This document shows positions 7,316 to 15,139 of a stretch of 48,620 bases of DNA, piece by piece. The notes beneath the pieces are model-generated. The model ran no database searches, was not told the DNA's origin, and saw only the letters and a program-made list of their open reading frames with translations. Every line of letters begins with the position of its first letter. Position 1 is the stretch's first letter. Position numbers and translations under genes: made by a program. Source of the stretch: a virus. The stretch spans positions 1-48,620 of IMG/VR virus record IMGVR_UViG_3300049019_000002; one strand, 5' to 3'.

Positions 7316-8152
7316 TTGAAAGAATTTGAGATTGGAAGATTTTCCGAGTCAGACCCTATCGAGGGTGACGAATATATCAAAGAAGGTATTTTGATTGAAG
7401 AAGGGATTCACAGAGGGATCACGTTCAACACAGAAGACTTAGAGGTGTTAGCAAAATCCTTTGACCCTGAAAATCCTGTACCACTACAATTAGACCACTC
7501 AGAGTCAGCAAAAGACACAGCAGGCTATCTACAAGACGTTTACGTCAAAGATGGTAAGTTGCTAGGAAAGTTCAAGATCATTGATGATACCGTAAAAGAG
7601 CGTATCACTAAAGGATTGATGAAAAAGCTGTCTCTTGGATTCTATTCCAAAAAGGATCACCAAGGCAATGTAAAGCCCTCTAGGATTAGAGAAGTCTCAA
7701 TCGTTGCTTTCCCACAAGTAAAAGGAGCTACTCTTTTCAAAGAGGAGGAGCCAGCAAAGGAGGAAGAATCAAAAATGAGCAAAGAAAACCAAGAATTATC
7801 TCAAGACATGCTTGTCCAGTTTGAGGAGTTAAACAAACGCTTAAAAGCTCAAGAAGATCAAATCAAGTCTTTATCTGAGGCGAAACTTGAAGGTCAAATC
7901 GTTAAGTTCACTGAGGACAAACATATTGTTCCTGCTCAGGTTGAACCACTTAAAGGATTACTTTCAAGCATGAACGATGAGCAAATTGAAATGTTCAACG
8001 AGTTTATGAAGCATTCTGCTGTTGTAAACTTTGGCGAGCAAGGCGAGTATGAAGGCTCTGACGAGAAAGAAGAAGACGGGCAAAGCAAAGAAGAGGAAGA
8101 GTTCGAGAAATTCTACGAAGAGCACGTCAAGCAGTTTGGAACAGGGCGCTAA
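7316..8152 (+). CDS. prohead protease (HK97/S78-like) fused to a scaffold domain
   Basis: TTG at 7316 sits 6 nt after GAGGTGGTGA. Protease-like LQLDHSE...KKLSLGFYS is followed by an acidic coiled-coil C-terminus. Confidence 0.65.
   Translation: MKEFEIGRFSESDPIEGDEYIKEGILIEEGIHRGITFNTEDLEVLAKSFDPENPVPLQLDHSESAKDTAGYLQDVYVKDGKLLGKFKIIDDTVKERITKGLMKKLSLGFYSKKDHQGNVKPSRIREVSIVAFPQVKGATLFKEEEPAKEEESKMSKENQELSQDMLVQFEELNKRLKAQEDQIKSLSEAKLEGQIVKFTEDKHIVPAQVEPLKGLLSSMNDEQIEMFNEFMKHSAVVNFGEQGEYEGSDEKEEDGQSKEEEEFEKFYEEHVKQFGTGR
7775..8152 (+). CDS. nested in-frame scaffold protein (internal start)
   Basis: In-frame ATG at 7775 (MSKENQEL...) is preceded by AAAGGAGG. It matches the coiled-coil acidic part of the larger ORF. 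Confidence 0.4.
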   Translation: MSKENQELSQDMLVQFEELNKRLKAQEDQIKSLSEAKLEGQIVKFTEDKHIVPAQVEPLKGLLSSMNDEQIEMFNEFMKHSAVVNFGEQGEYEGSDEKEEDGQSKEEEEFEKFYEEHVKQFGTGR

Positions 8153-8169
8153 GCCAACAAGGAGGGTAA

Positions 8170-8595
8170 ATGATGGCACAAAATAGAGTAGAAGTACATA
8201 TTCCACATACAGCGAATTTCACTTTCAAGGTTCAAGCTGGACAAGTTGTGAAAATTGGTGATTTTGTCGAGCTATCTGGAGACCGTGAGGTAAAGCCAGC
8301 GGCTTCTGGTTCTACGAAAGTAATTGGTATGGTTTATTCTGGATCAGTCGGCATCGACGGTGTAAACGATGGTTATAGCGGAGACAAAGGTCAAGTAGCA
8401 ACAGTCGTTGTCAATAAACCTTTAGTATACGCAACAGTAACAGACAGTGCACCTGTAGCGGCTGGAGACCCACTCAAAGTAACGTCAGCCAAACGAGTTG
8501 CGACTCTTGGTGAAGCTGATACGCTTGACATGAAGGTCGGAACTGCTGTGACTGCTGGTGGCACTGGACAAAAAATCGTTATCCTTTTAGGGTAA
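8170..8595 (+). CDS. head decoration / DUF2190-like protein
   Basis: 141 aa, Gly/Val-rich beta-type sequence between the protease-scaffold and capsid genes. The start may be the second ATG at 8173, which has better RBS spacing. Confidence 0.45.
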   Translation: MMAQNRVEVHIPHTANFTFKVQAGQVVKIGDFVELSGDREVKPAASGSTKVIGMVYSGSVGIDGVNDGYSGDKGQVATVVVNKPLVYATVTDSAPVAAGDPLKVTSAKRVATLGEADTLDMKVGTAVTAGGTGQKIVILLG

Positions 8596-8613
8596 TTGGG
8601 AGGTATATAACAA

Positions 8614-9495
8614 ATGGCTGATATCGTACTAGGTCAACATCCATTGTTGAAAAAAGTATTTTTAGATAGACGTATTAAAGACTTTACAGCAAACGGCTTC
8701 GTAGCTGACCAATTGTTCACTAACATTTCAGTTGACGCTCTTGCTATTAAGTTTTCACAATATGACCCAGAGACTAACCAAGATGGCTCAATGAAACTTG
8801 ATGACGTTCCAGAAGTCGGAGAAGGTTCAAACTATGACCGTATTGGCTTAAGTGAAGAGCAAAAGACTGAGCTTATCAAAAAGTATGGTCTTGAGTTCGC
8901 TGTCACTTACGAGATGCAAAAATTTGGTCAAGCTGGTCAGATTGAGCGTGGTTTACGCCGCCTTGGTACTAACATTCTTGGTATGGTTGACGAGATGGCT
9001 TACAAAGTCGCAACTCAAAACTACACTATCACTGGTGGAATCCAAGGTAAGACTAAGGATTCAGGATTCTGGAATGATACTACTGATGGCGCTGAAAACA
9101 TGATCGCTGACCTTGTTGACGCAAAGAAAGCACTTAAAGATTATGGCTACTTCGCTGACACTGTGGTAATTAACCCAGAGCAAGAAGCGCAACTCATCAA
9201 GAACAAAAACATTCGTGATGCATTCCGTCAAAACAATACTGACGTTGCTTTACTTCGTGGGTACATTGGCGACTTCATGGGCTTGAGTTTCATCGTTGAT
9301 TCTCACTTCCAAGAAGACAACGCTTTGATCCTACAAAAGAAAGTCATTGGCGATATTGCTGACGCTGAGCCGTTACGTACATACACTTACAACGAGGAAA
9401 GCAATGAGCGTACGATCGTTCGTGCAACTCGTTTCACTAATGCTTACTTAACAGACCCTAAAGCGGTTTACTTACTTAAGAACTTGAACAACTAA
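8614..9495 (+). CDS. major capsid protein
   Basis: 293 aa with a strong RBS. It follows the scaffold and decoration genes and is followed by a terminator hairpin. Confidence 0.75.
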   Translation: MADIVLGQHPLLKKVFLDRRIKDFTANGFVADQLFTNISVDALAIKFSQYDPETNQDGSMKLDDVPEVGEGSNYDRIGLSEEQKTELIKKYGLEFAVTYEMQKFGQAGQIERGLRRLGTNILGMVDEMAYKVATQNYTITGGIQGKTKDSGFWNDTTDGAENMIADLVDAKKALKDYGYFADTVVINPEQEAQLIKNKNIRDAFRQNNTDVALLRGYIGDFMGLSFIVDSHFQEDNALILQKKVIGDIADAEPLRTYTYNEESNERTIVRATRFTNAYLTDPKAVYLLKNLNN

Positions 9496-9504
9496 AACTA
9501 AAAG

Positions 9505-9545
9505 AAGGGGAGGCACTTGAAATTTCAGGGGTCTTCCCTTTTTCT
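9505..9545 (+). terminator. rho-independent terminator after the capsid gene
   Basis: AAGGGGAGGC ... GTCTTCCCTT stem (with G-U pairs) followed by a T-run. Confidence 0.55.
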
Positions 9546-9565
9546 GAATAAAAGGAGGCAAACAC

Positions 9566-9775
9566 ATGAAGTATGAAGCCCTAGAGAATAATGTCGGCAA
9601 GGCTGGTGTAAAGGTCGGAGATCATATCGAGATCGAATCAAAAGATGTTGCTGAGAAGCTAATCCAATTGGGATCAATCAAGCCTGTCAAGGAAACAAAA
9701 AAAGAAGCACCTAAAGAGGAAGCTCAAAAGAAGCAGGCTCCTAAAAAAGGAACCAAGAAAAAAGAGGACAAGTAA
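9566..9775 (+). CDS. small lysine-rich protein (69 aa)
   Basis: AAAGGAGG RBS and a K/E/P-rich C-terminal tail. Confidence 0.6.
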   Translation: MKYEALENNVGKAGVKVGDHIEIESKDVAEKLIQLGSIKPVKETKKEAPKEEAQKKQAPKKGTKKKEDK

Positions 9776-9788
9776 GGAGGGGTAAACC

Positions 9789-10181
9789 ATGTATGCAACT
9801 CCAGAAGATTTAAGGCTAGTGATGAACAACCTCTCAAAGCAAGTCACAGACGAGCTACTTGCAAAGTACATCCAAGAGGCTTCTAACTATATTGATGCAC
9901 GGCTAGGGGTTGCATACAAAACGCCCTTTGTCAAGCCTCATCCAATTATTCATGATATCACGGTTGACCTCGCTCGGTTTTTCTTTGCTGAGGATTCATA
10001 CACATCACAAAAGCCAAACCTTGACGAGTATTATATCAAAATGAAAGAACGAGTTGACAAGATGATTGACGGTATCTTGAGTGGGGTTTTAATCATTGAT
10101 CCAGATGTAAAGCCTCCTGCTGGATTCGGAACCACAACAGAAGGTGATCCAATTTTCACGCTGGATCAACCAGAGTGGTGA
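9789..10181 (+). CDS. head-tail connector protein (DUF1320 / Mu gp36-like)
   Basis: N-terminus MYATPEDL...LLAKYIQEASNYIDARL is typical of this adaptor family. The position fits. Confidence 0.5.
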   Translation: MYATPEDLRLVMNNLSKQVTDELLAKYIQEASNYIDARLGVAYKTPFVKPHPIIHDITVDLARFFFAEDSYTSQKPNLDEYYIKMKERVDKMIDGILSGVLIIDPDVKPPAGFGTTTEGDPIFTLDQPEW

Positions 10182-10185
10182 GGAC

Positions 10186-10629
10186 ATGGCACAAGTAACG
10201 GTCAATTTTAACGGTCTTGATGCAAGACTGAGGCAGATTGCCAAAGAGTGTCAAGATTTCAGACTGCCATTGAGACAGTCCGCTGTGTATCTCGAAGGCT
10301 CGATATCCAGAAGGTTCTCACAGGGAGGAGGCTCAAAAGGAAAATGGAAAAGCTTATCTCCAGCAACCGTAAAGCGACATCCTCACAGATCAGGAGGAAC
10401 CCCACTGAGTGACACTGGTCGCTTACGTTCGTCTGTGTCCTCTGGAGCTGTCAAGCAGTATACACCTAAAAAACTTACTTACTCAATTGGCTCAAACGTA
10501 AGGTATGCTAGTGTGCATAACTTTGGTAGTGGTCGCATTCCACAACGTGAATTTATGTATACAGACAGTAAGGACGAAAGAGAGATCAACACAATCTTTG
10601 CGGATTACATAAGGAGGATTGCTCAATGA
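10186..10629 (+). CDS. virion morphogenesis protein (Mu gpG-like)
   Basis: ATG at 10186 follows GAGTGGTGAGG. Motifs ...RRFSQGGG...WKSLSPATV...LSDTGRLRSS...YASVHNFG. Confidence 0.6.
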   Translation: MAQVTVNFNGLDARLRQIAKECQDFRLPLRQSAVYLEGSISRRFSQGGGSKGKWKSLSPATVKRHPHRSGGTPLSDTGRLRSSVSSGAVKQYTPKKLTYSIGSNVRYASVHNFGSGRIPQREFMYTDSKDEREINTIFADYIRRIAQ

Positions 10630-11060
10630 GTTTCAGCTCAATGTACACAAACATTAAAAACGCTTTGAAGGATCAAGTCAGCCAGCACCTAGAAGATACG
10701 GAGTATAGCAATATTGACGTATTCGGTGAGGCTTATCAGGATTTAACTCATTTCCCTGCTGTGACATTGGAGATCAAAAGACGGAGAAAACCCATCCGTG
10801 GGCTTGGAGTCAGAGAACTTCAAATGGACATAGACTTGTGGGTATATACAAACATCCTAGATAGCGCAGAAGCTGAGGCGCAATGCCTTGAGTTGGTCGA
10901 ACTCGTTGAGGTCGCCATCGAGAAGGATAAAAGTCTTGGCGGTGTCGTTGATAGGGTTGACATACAAAACGAACTCAACTTTGGAACTGTGGAGTATGGA
11001 GAGAACAACTTCCTACAGGGAGCACAAATCCAATTCACAGCAACCAAGCGCATTCCATAG
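10626..11060 (+). CDS. putative neck/tail-completion protein
   Basis: ATGA-coupled to the previous gene. The call rests on position only. Confidence 0.35.
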   Translation: MSFSSMYTNIKNALKDQVSQHLEDTEYSNIDVFGEAYQDLTHFPAVTLEIKRRRKPIRGLGVRELQMDIDLWVYTNILDSAEAEAQCLELVELVEVAIEKDKSLGGVVDRVDIQNELNFGTVEYGENNFLQGAQIQFTATKRIP

Positions 11061-11071
11061 GAGGAGCCAAC

Positions 11072-11248
11072 ATGACAGAATTAATCTATAAAGGCAAGGA
11101 AGAAAAAGAGCTTATTCTCCCTCCACTTGGTCGGATAAAGTACGGCTCGAAAGTTACCGTATACGGAAAAGAACACATCGCTTATCTGAAAAATCTTGGC
11201 TTTGAGGAAGTAAGGAAGCCCAAGAAGAAAAAGGAGGAAGATAAATAA
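11072..11248 (+). CDS. small basic-tailed protein (58 aa, not in the ORF track)
   Basis: ATG at 11072 follows GGAGGAG. Translation MTELIYKGKEEKELILPPLGRIKYGSKVTVYGKEHIAYLKNLGFEEVRKPKKKKEEDK. Its stop overlaps the next start. Confidence 0.55.
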   Translation: MTELIYKGKEEKELILPPLGRIKYGSKVTVYGKEHIAYLKNLGFEEVRKPKKKKEEDK

Positions 11249-12186
11249 TGGCTAGTCAATCTCATGGTTTTGATAATACTATAGTTTTCGGAAAAGAGAC
11301 AGAGTTTGGTGTTCCTGCTCCAGATAACTCTTATGGCTCCCTCGGTGTTATTGAAGAGTTTTCACCAGAGGAAAACAGAAATATTGTTTCTCGTAACAGC
11401 CTTGGTTTACGTGCACCTTTCATGTTGCGTCAAGGGACAAACGAGACAGACGCTTCCGTGACTCTAGCAGTACAAAACGGTAAGCCTTTTGCGTTTGCTC
11501 TTGGTCATGTTGAATCTGTAGAGAATCCAGATGTCGAAGGCGGATACATTCACACAATTAGACCAACTAGAGCAGGAGAACAACTACCGAGTTTCACAGC
11601 TCAGAATCACAACGCACTGCTAAACTGGACTCGTAACTATGTCGGAGGTAAGTTCGATTCATTCACCTTGACGGCTTCTTCTGATGATGCCGTAACCTTT
11701 GAGGGTGACATCCTGTTTGCAACAGTTGAGGACAGCGAGACAGCTCCTGTACCAGTTGTACTGGACACGGAAAACTATTTCATGTTCTACGAAGGGTTTG
11801 CAGAGCTAAACAACCAGCCTTTCGCTGATGTAACTAACTTTGAATTAGAGATCGCAAACAACCTTGAAAGACGATACACTCTGAATGGTAAAAACCGTGC
11901 AGATCGTGTACAAGAGGGTAACCTTGAGATCACAGCTTCACTGACTGTAGACTTAACAAACACTGATGTATATAACCAATTTGCAAACGGTGAAGATTTA
12001 AACATGAAGTTAACCCTTCAAGATCAGTATGATGAAAACCACAAGATCATTGTTGAGTTGCTTGGCGGAAAGTATGACTCGAATGCTATCAGCTTGACAG
12101 CTACAGAGCTACAAGAGCAAGAGCTTGAGGCAGTCTTCACGGACATTCAAATCACAGCTCATGACACACGTCCAAACCTTATCTAA
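11248..12186 (+). CDS. major tail protein
   Basis: 312 aa, immediately upstream of the chaperone pair and the tape measure gene. Confidence 0.55.
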   Translation: MASQSHGFDNTIVFGKETEFGVPAPDNSYGSLGVIEEFSPEENRNIVSRNSLGLRAPFMLRQGTNETDASVTLAVQNGKPFAFALGHVESVENPDVEGGYIHTIRPTRAGEQLPSFTAQNHNALLNWTRNYVGGKFDSFTLTASSDDAVTFEGDILFATVEDSETAPVPVVLDTENYFMFYEGFAELNNQPFADVTNFELEIANNLERRYTLNGKNRADRVQEGNLEITASLTVDLTNTDVYNQFANGEDLNMKLTLQDQYDENHKIIVELLGGKYDSNAISLTATELQEQELEAVFTDIQITAHDTRPNLI

Positions 12187-12210
12187 TACAAAATGGAAGG
12201 ATGATTTATA

Positions 12211-12552
12211 ATGGATTACTTAATGAAAAAAAGTTCAAAAGAGGTAACAGTAATGGGGAGAAAAATCCAAGTGAGAAATCTCTCCCATGGTGAAAAAGGA
12301 AACTCAATGTCAATCGCTATGAAGATCGACCCAATCAGTAAGACATCTTCAATTGATGCAATGCTATTGGTAACAGCTCAGACAGCCGCCTCGATTGTTG
12401 ACTGGGATTTGGTAGGAGAAGACGGGAAAAAGCTCCCTATCAGTATTGACACACTGAACAACGTTTTAGCCCCTGAGTTTGTAGAAGAACTTATCGAAAC
12501 AGTTCAATCAAGCACACAAACGGGGATCACTGAGAGCGAAAAAAAAGACTAG
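12211..12552 (+). CDS. tail assembly chaperone (G-like)
   Basis: Position upstream of the tape measure gene. It ends just after an A8 slippery run. Confidence 0.7.
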   Translation: MDYLMKKSSKEVTVMGRKIQVRNLSHGEKGNSMSIAMKIDPISKTSSIDAMLLVTAQTAASIVDWDLVGEDGKKLPISIDTLNNVLAPEFVEELIETVQSSTQTGITESEKKD

Positions 12553-12794
12553 AACTTGCCACCAAGCAAAGCTATGAGGGGAGAGCTGTCAAAGATATGC
12601 CGAGTGCACTTACAAAATATGAGCTCTGCAAAACCTTTGGCTGGCTCCCTGATGAGCTTGAAAGGCAAGACAACAAAACGATAGAGGAATTTTTGGTCAT
12701 TCATAACACCATTGCAGAAATGGAAAAGAAAAAATCCAAAAAGGAAAGACGACAGGAAGTTTCTAAAAAATACAATGGCGCAATGCCTAGATAG
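12211..12794 (+). CDS. tail assembly chaperone GT-like fusion via -1 frameshift at A_AAA_AAA (12540-12546)
   Basis: The -1 frame is open from 12534 to 12794 and contains the 12597..12794 ORF. The slippery heptamer sits 2 codons before the 0-frame stop. Confidence 0.65.
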
Positions 12795-12805
12795 GAGGTA
12801 AAAGA

Positions 12806-15124
12806 ATGGCTAGTAACAGCTTGATCAATATCGTGGTGAGTGCCACTGACATGGCTTCTGCTCAAATTGGTAAAGTTGGGTCAGCCCTCGAAGGCATGGC
12901 AAGCAAAGCTGAAAGAGCCAGTGCCATCATCACAGGTGTTCTTGCTACGACAGCCGCCGCCTTCGCTGGTGTTGCCGCCGCTGGATTTAAAACCAACGCT
13001 GAACTAGAAAGTTCTTTCGCTCGGTGGAAGACCCTCACAGGCTCCGTCAAAGGAGCAAACCAGCAATTGAAATGGACACAAGACTACGCCAAAGCATCTC
13101 CATTTGACTTTAAAGGAGTAGACGAGACAGCCACATCCTTAAAGGGTATGGGTCTTGAAATTAAGGATATACGAAACTATGTACCTATTTTAGGAGACGT
13201 TGCCGCCGTCCTTGGTGGTGGAACCGAGACGGTAAAAGGTTTAGGTATCGCCATTGGACAGATGAACGCAAAAGGAAAAGTATCTGCTGAGGAAATGATG
13301 CAGTTAGCAGAACGAGGCGTACCAGCTTGGCAATTCCTTGCGGACTCGATGGGTCTCTCGGTAGCAGAAGTTCAGAAGCTTGGCTCAGAAGGTAAGCTCC
13401 TTGCTAAAGATGCAATACCAGCTATCATGGCAGGAATGGATAAAACCTTCGGAGGCGGTACTCAAGAGTACATGAAAACCACTAAGGGTCAGTTCGAGAA
13501 CTTAACCGAGTCAGCCCAACAGTTTGCTGGACAATTGACGAGTCCAGCTTATACTTGGCTAGGGACAACGGTTTTGCCTGCTTTGAACTCCGCACTAGAT
13601 GACCTACAGACAAAATTCAGTGGAGGCTTACTTTCAGGGTTCCAGCAATTATTCAGCTCATCTTGGGCGGCTCCTATGATTTTACTGGCTGGGGTCATCA
13701 CTGGTGCTTTGATTGGTGGAATCATGCTAATTGCTCCTGCTATTGCTGGCGCTGTGGTGGCATTCGCTCCATTCCTTGCGATTGGTGTAGCCATTGCCGC
13801 CTTAGCCGCCTTAGTTATTGCAAACTGGAGCCAGCTACAACCTGTGTTCTCAGCGATATGGGCTGTGATCCAACCTGTATTTGCAGGGCTCGTGACAGGG
13901 TTGCAACAAGCTGGAGCGCTCTTGATATCTTGGTTGATGCCAGCATTTGAACAATTTAAGCAAGCATTTGTTACTCTGCAACCGTTGATCACAGCAGTGG
14001 GAATCGTTCTGGGTGTCTTGTTAGCCACAGCCGTGGCGGTGTTTGCTGGTATAGTTGCCGCAATTGGTCCGATTATTACAGCAATTGGAAACATACTCAA
14101 CGTAGTGGCAAATGTAGTCATGGGTGTTATCGCTTTGTTTACTGGTGATTTTGCTGGAGCGATGGCATTTTTCGGAGCCGCTTGGGATAGTCTTGTGCAA
14201 GCCATCATGAATATCTTCAAAGGGCTGGTAAACTTCTTCGCTGGAACATGGAACGCTATCTCTGCTATCTTCTCTAATTTTGGGGTGAGTATTGGCTCGA
14301 TAGTTTCAAATCTTGTCAAGAAGGTTGTAAGCTTCTTTAAGAACCTCGGTAGCAATGCAAAGTCAATATGGAACAACCTCAAATCAAGCGTGGTTTCTAT
14401 CGTAACTGGTCTTGCTTCCTCAGCGATTAGTAAATTCGTAAGTATGGGTAGCAAAATTGTTTCAACAGTTAGCAAGTTGATTTCAAATGTAGTAAGGTTC
14501 TTCACTCAGTTGCCTTCAAAAGTTGTAAGCACGCTTTCTAGCCTCGGAAGCAGACTGATGAGCACATTCACCTCTGCAATGGGTAAAGCTAAAAGCGCCG
14601 TAACCAAGGGAGTCAGTAACATCGTAGGAGCCATCAAAGGGTGGGTCGGTAAGTTCCTCAGCTCAGGTAAAGGATTGCTAGAGGCATTCACGAAAGGTAT
14701 CAAGTCTGGTATTACTGGAGCAATAGGAGCAGTCAAAAAGGGCATGAGCTCTATTCGTAAATTCCTCCCGTTCTCTCCTGCAAAAGAGGGACCTTTGAAA
14801 GACCTTGACAAATCAGGTGAGTCATTCTTCCCAACTTGGTACGAGGCGGCACTCAAGAAGGTTAGCCCGATGTCCAAAGCAATTGGAGGGGCAATGAGCA
14901 AGGTTAGTGATGCAATTGAGACAGAACAAAGCGGTGTATCACTAGGAAGCTTCACAGGTGGTCGATCTACTATTACAGTTGTTCATAAGCACGAACATGA
15001 CGGAACAATCAAAGTGGACGGAGACAACGGAAGTGAAGCTCTTCAAATGGCTAGTCAGGAAATCTTCACAAGAACCGAGCGAGATGTATTTGGCTCACTC
15101 AGAACGACAGTAAGAAAACTATAA
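12806..15124 (+). CDS. tape measure protein
   Basis: 772 aa with a long Ala/Gly/Val-rich hydrophobic core. It follows the chaperone pair. Confidence 0.85.
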   Translation: MASNSLINIVVSATDMASAQIGKVGSALEGMASKAERASAIITGVLATTAAAFAGVAAAGFKTNAELESSFARWKTLTGSVKGANQQLKWTQDYAKASPFDFKGVDETATSLKGMGLEIKDIRNYVPILGDVAAVLGGGTETVKGLGIAIGQMNAKGKVSAEEMMQLAERGVPAWQFLADSMGLSVAEVQKLGSEGKLLAKDAIPAIMAGMDKTFGGGTQEYMKTTKGQFENLTESAQQFAGQLTSPAYTWLGTTVLPALNSALDDLQTKFSGGLLSGFQQLFSSSWAAPMILLAGVITGALIGGIMLIAPAIAGAVVAFAPFLAIGVAIAALAALVIANWSQLQPVFSAIWAVIQPVFAGLVTGLQQAGALLISWLMPAFEQFKQAFVTLQPLITAVGIVLGVLLATAVAVFAGIVAAIGPIITAIGNILNVVANVVMGVIALFTGDFAGAMAFFGAAWDSLVQAIMNIFKGLVNFFAGTWNAISAIFSNFGVSIGSIVSNLVKKVVSFFKNLGSNAKSIWNNLKSSVVSIVTGLASSAISKFVSMGSKIVSTVSKLISNVVRFFTQLPSKVVSTLSSLGSRLMSTFTSAMGKAKSAVTKGVSNIVGAIKGWVGKFLSSGKGLLEAFTKGIKSGITGAIGAVKKGMSSIRKFLPFSPAKEGPLKDLDKSGESFFPTWYEAALKKVSPMSKAIGGAMSKVSDAIETEQSGVSLGSFTGGRSTITVVHKHEHDGTIKVDGDNGSEALQMASQEIFTRTERDVFGSLRTTVRKL

Positions 15125-15139
15125 GGGAGGCTTTATACA

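Noticed and set aside
13549-14505. 318-aa antisense ORF inside the tape measure gene (and the 95-aa alternative-frame ORF at 13663..13950).
   Set aside because: It is a by-product of the Ala/Gly/Val-rich, GC-biased codon stretch of the tape measure core. It has no RBS, and its low-complexity product mirrors the sense strand.
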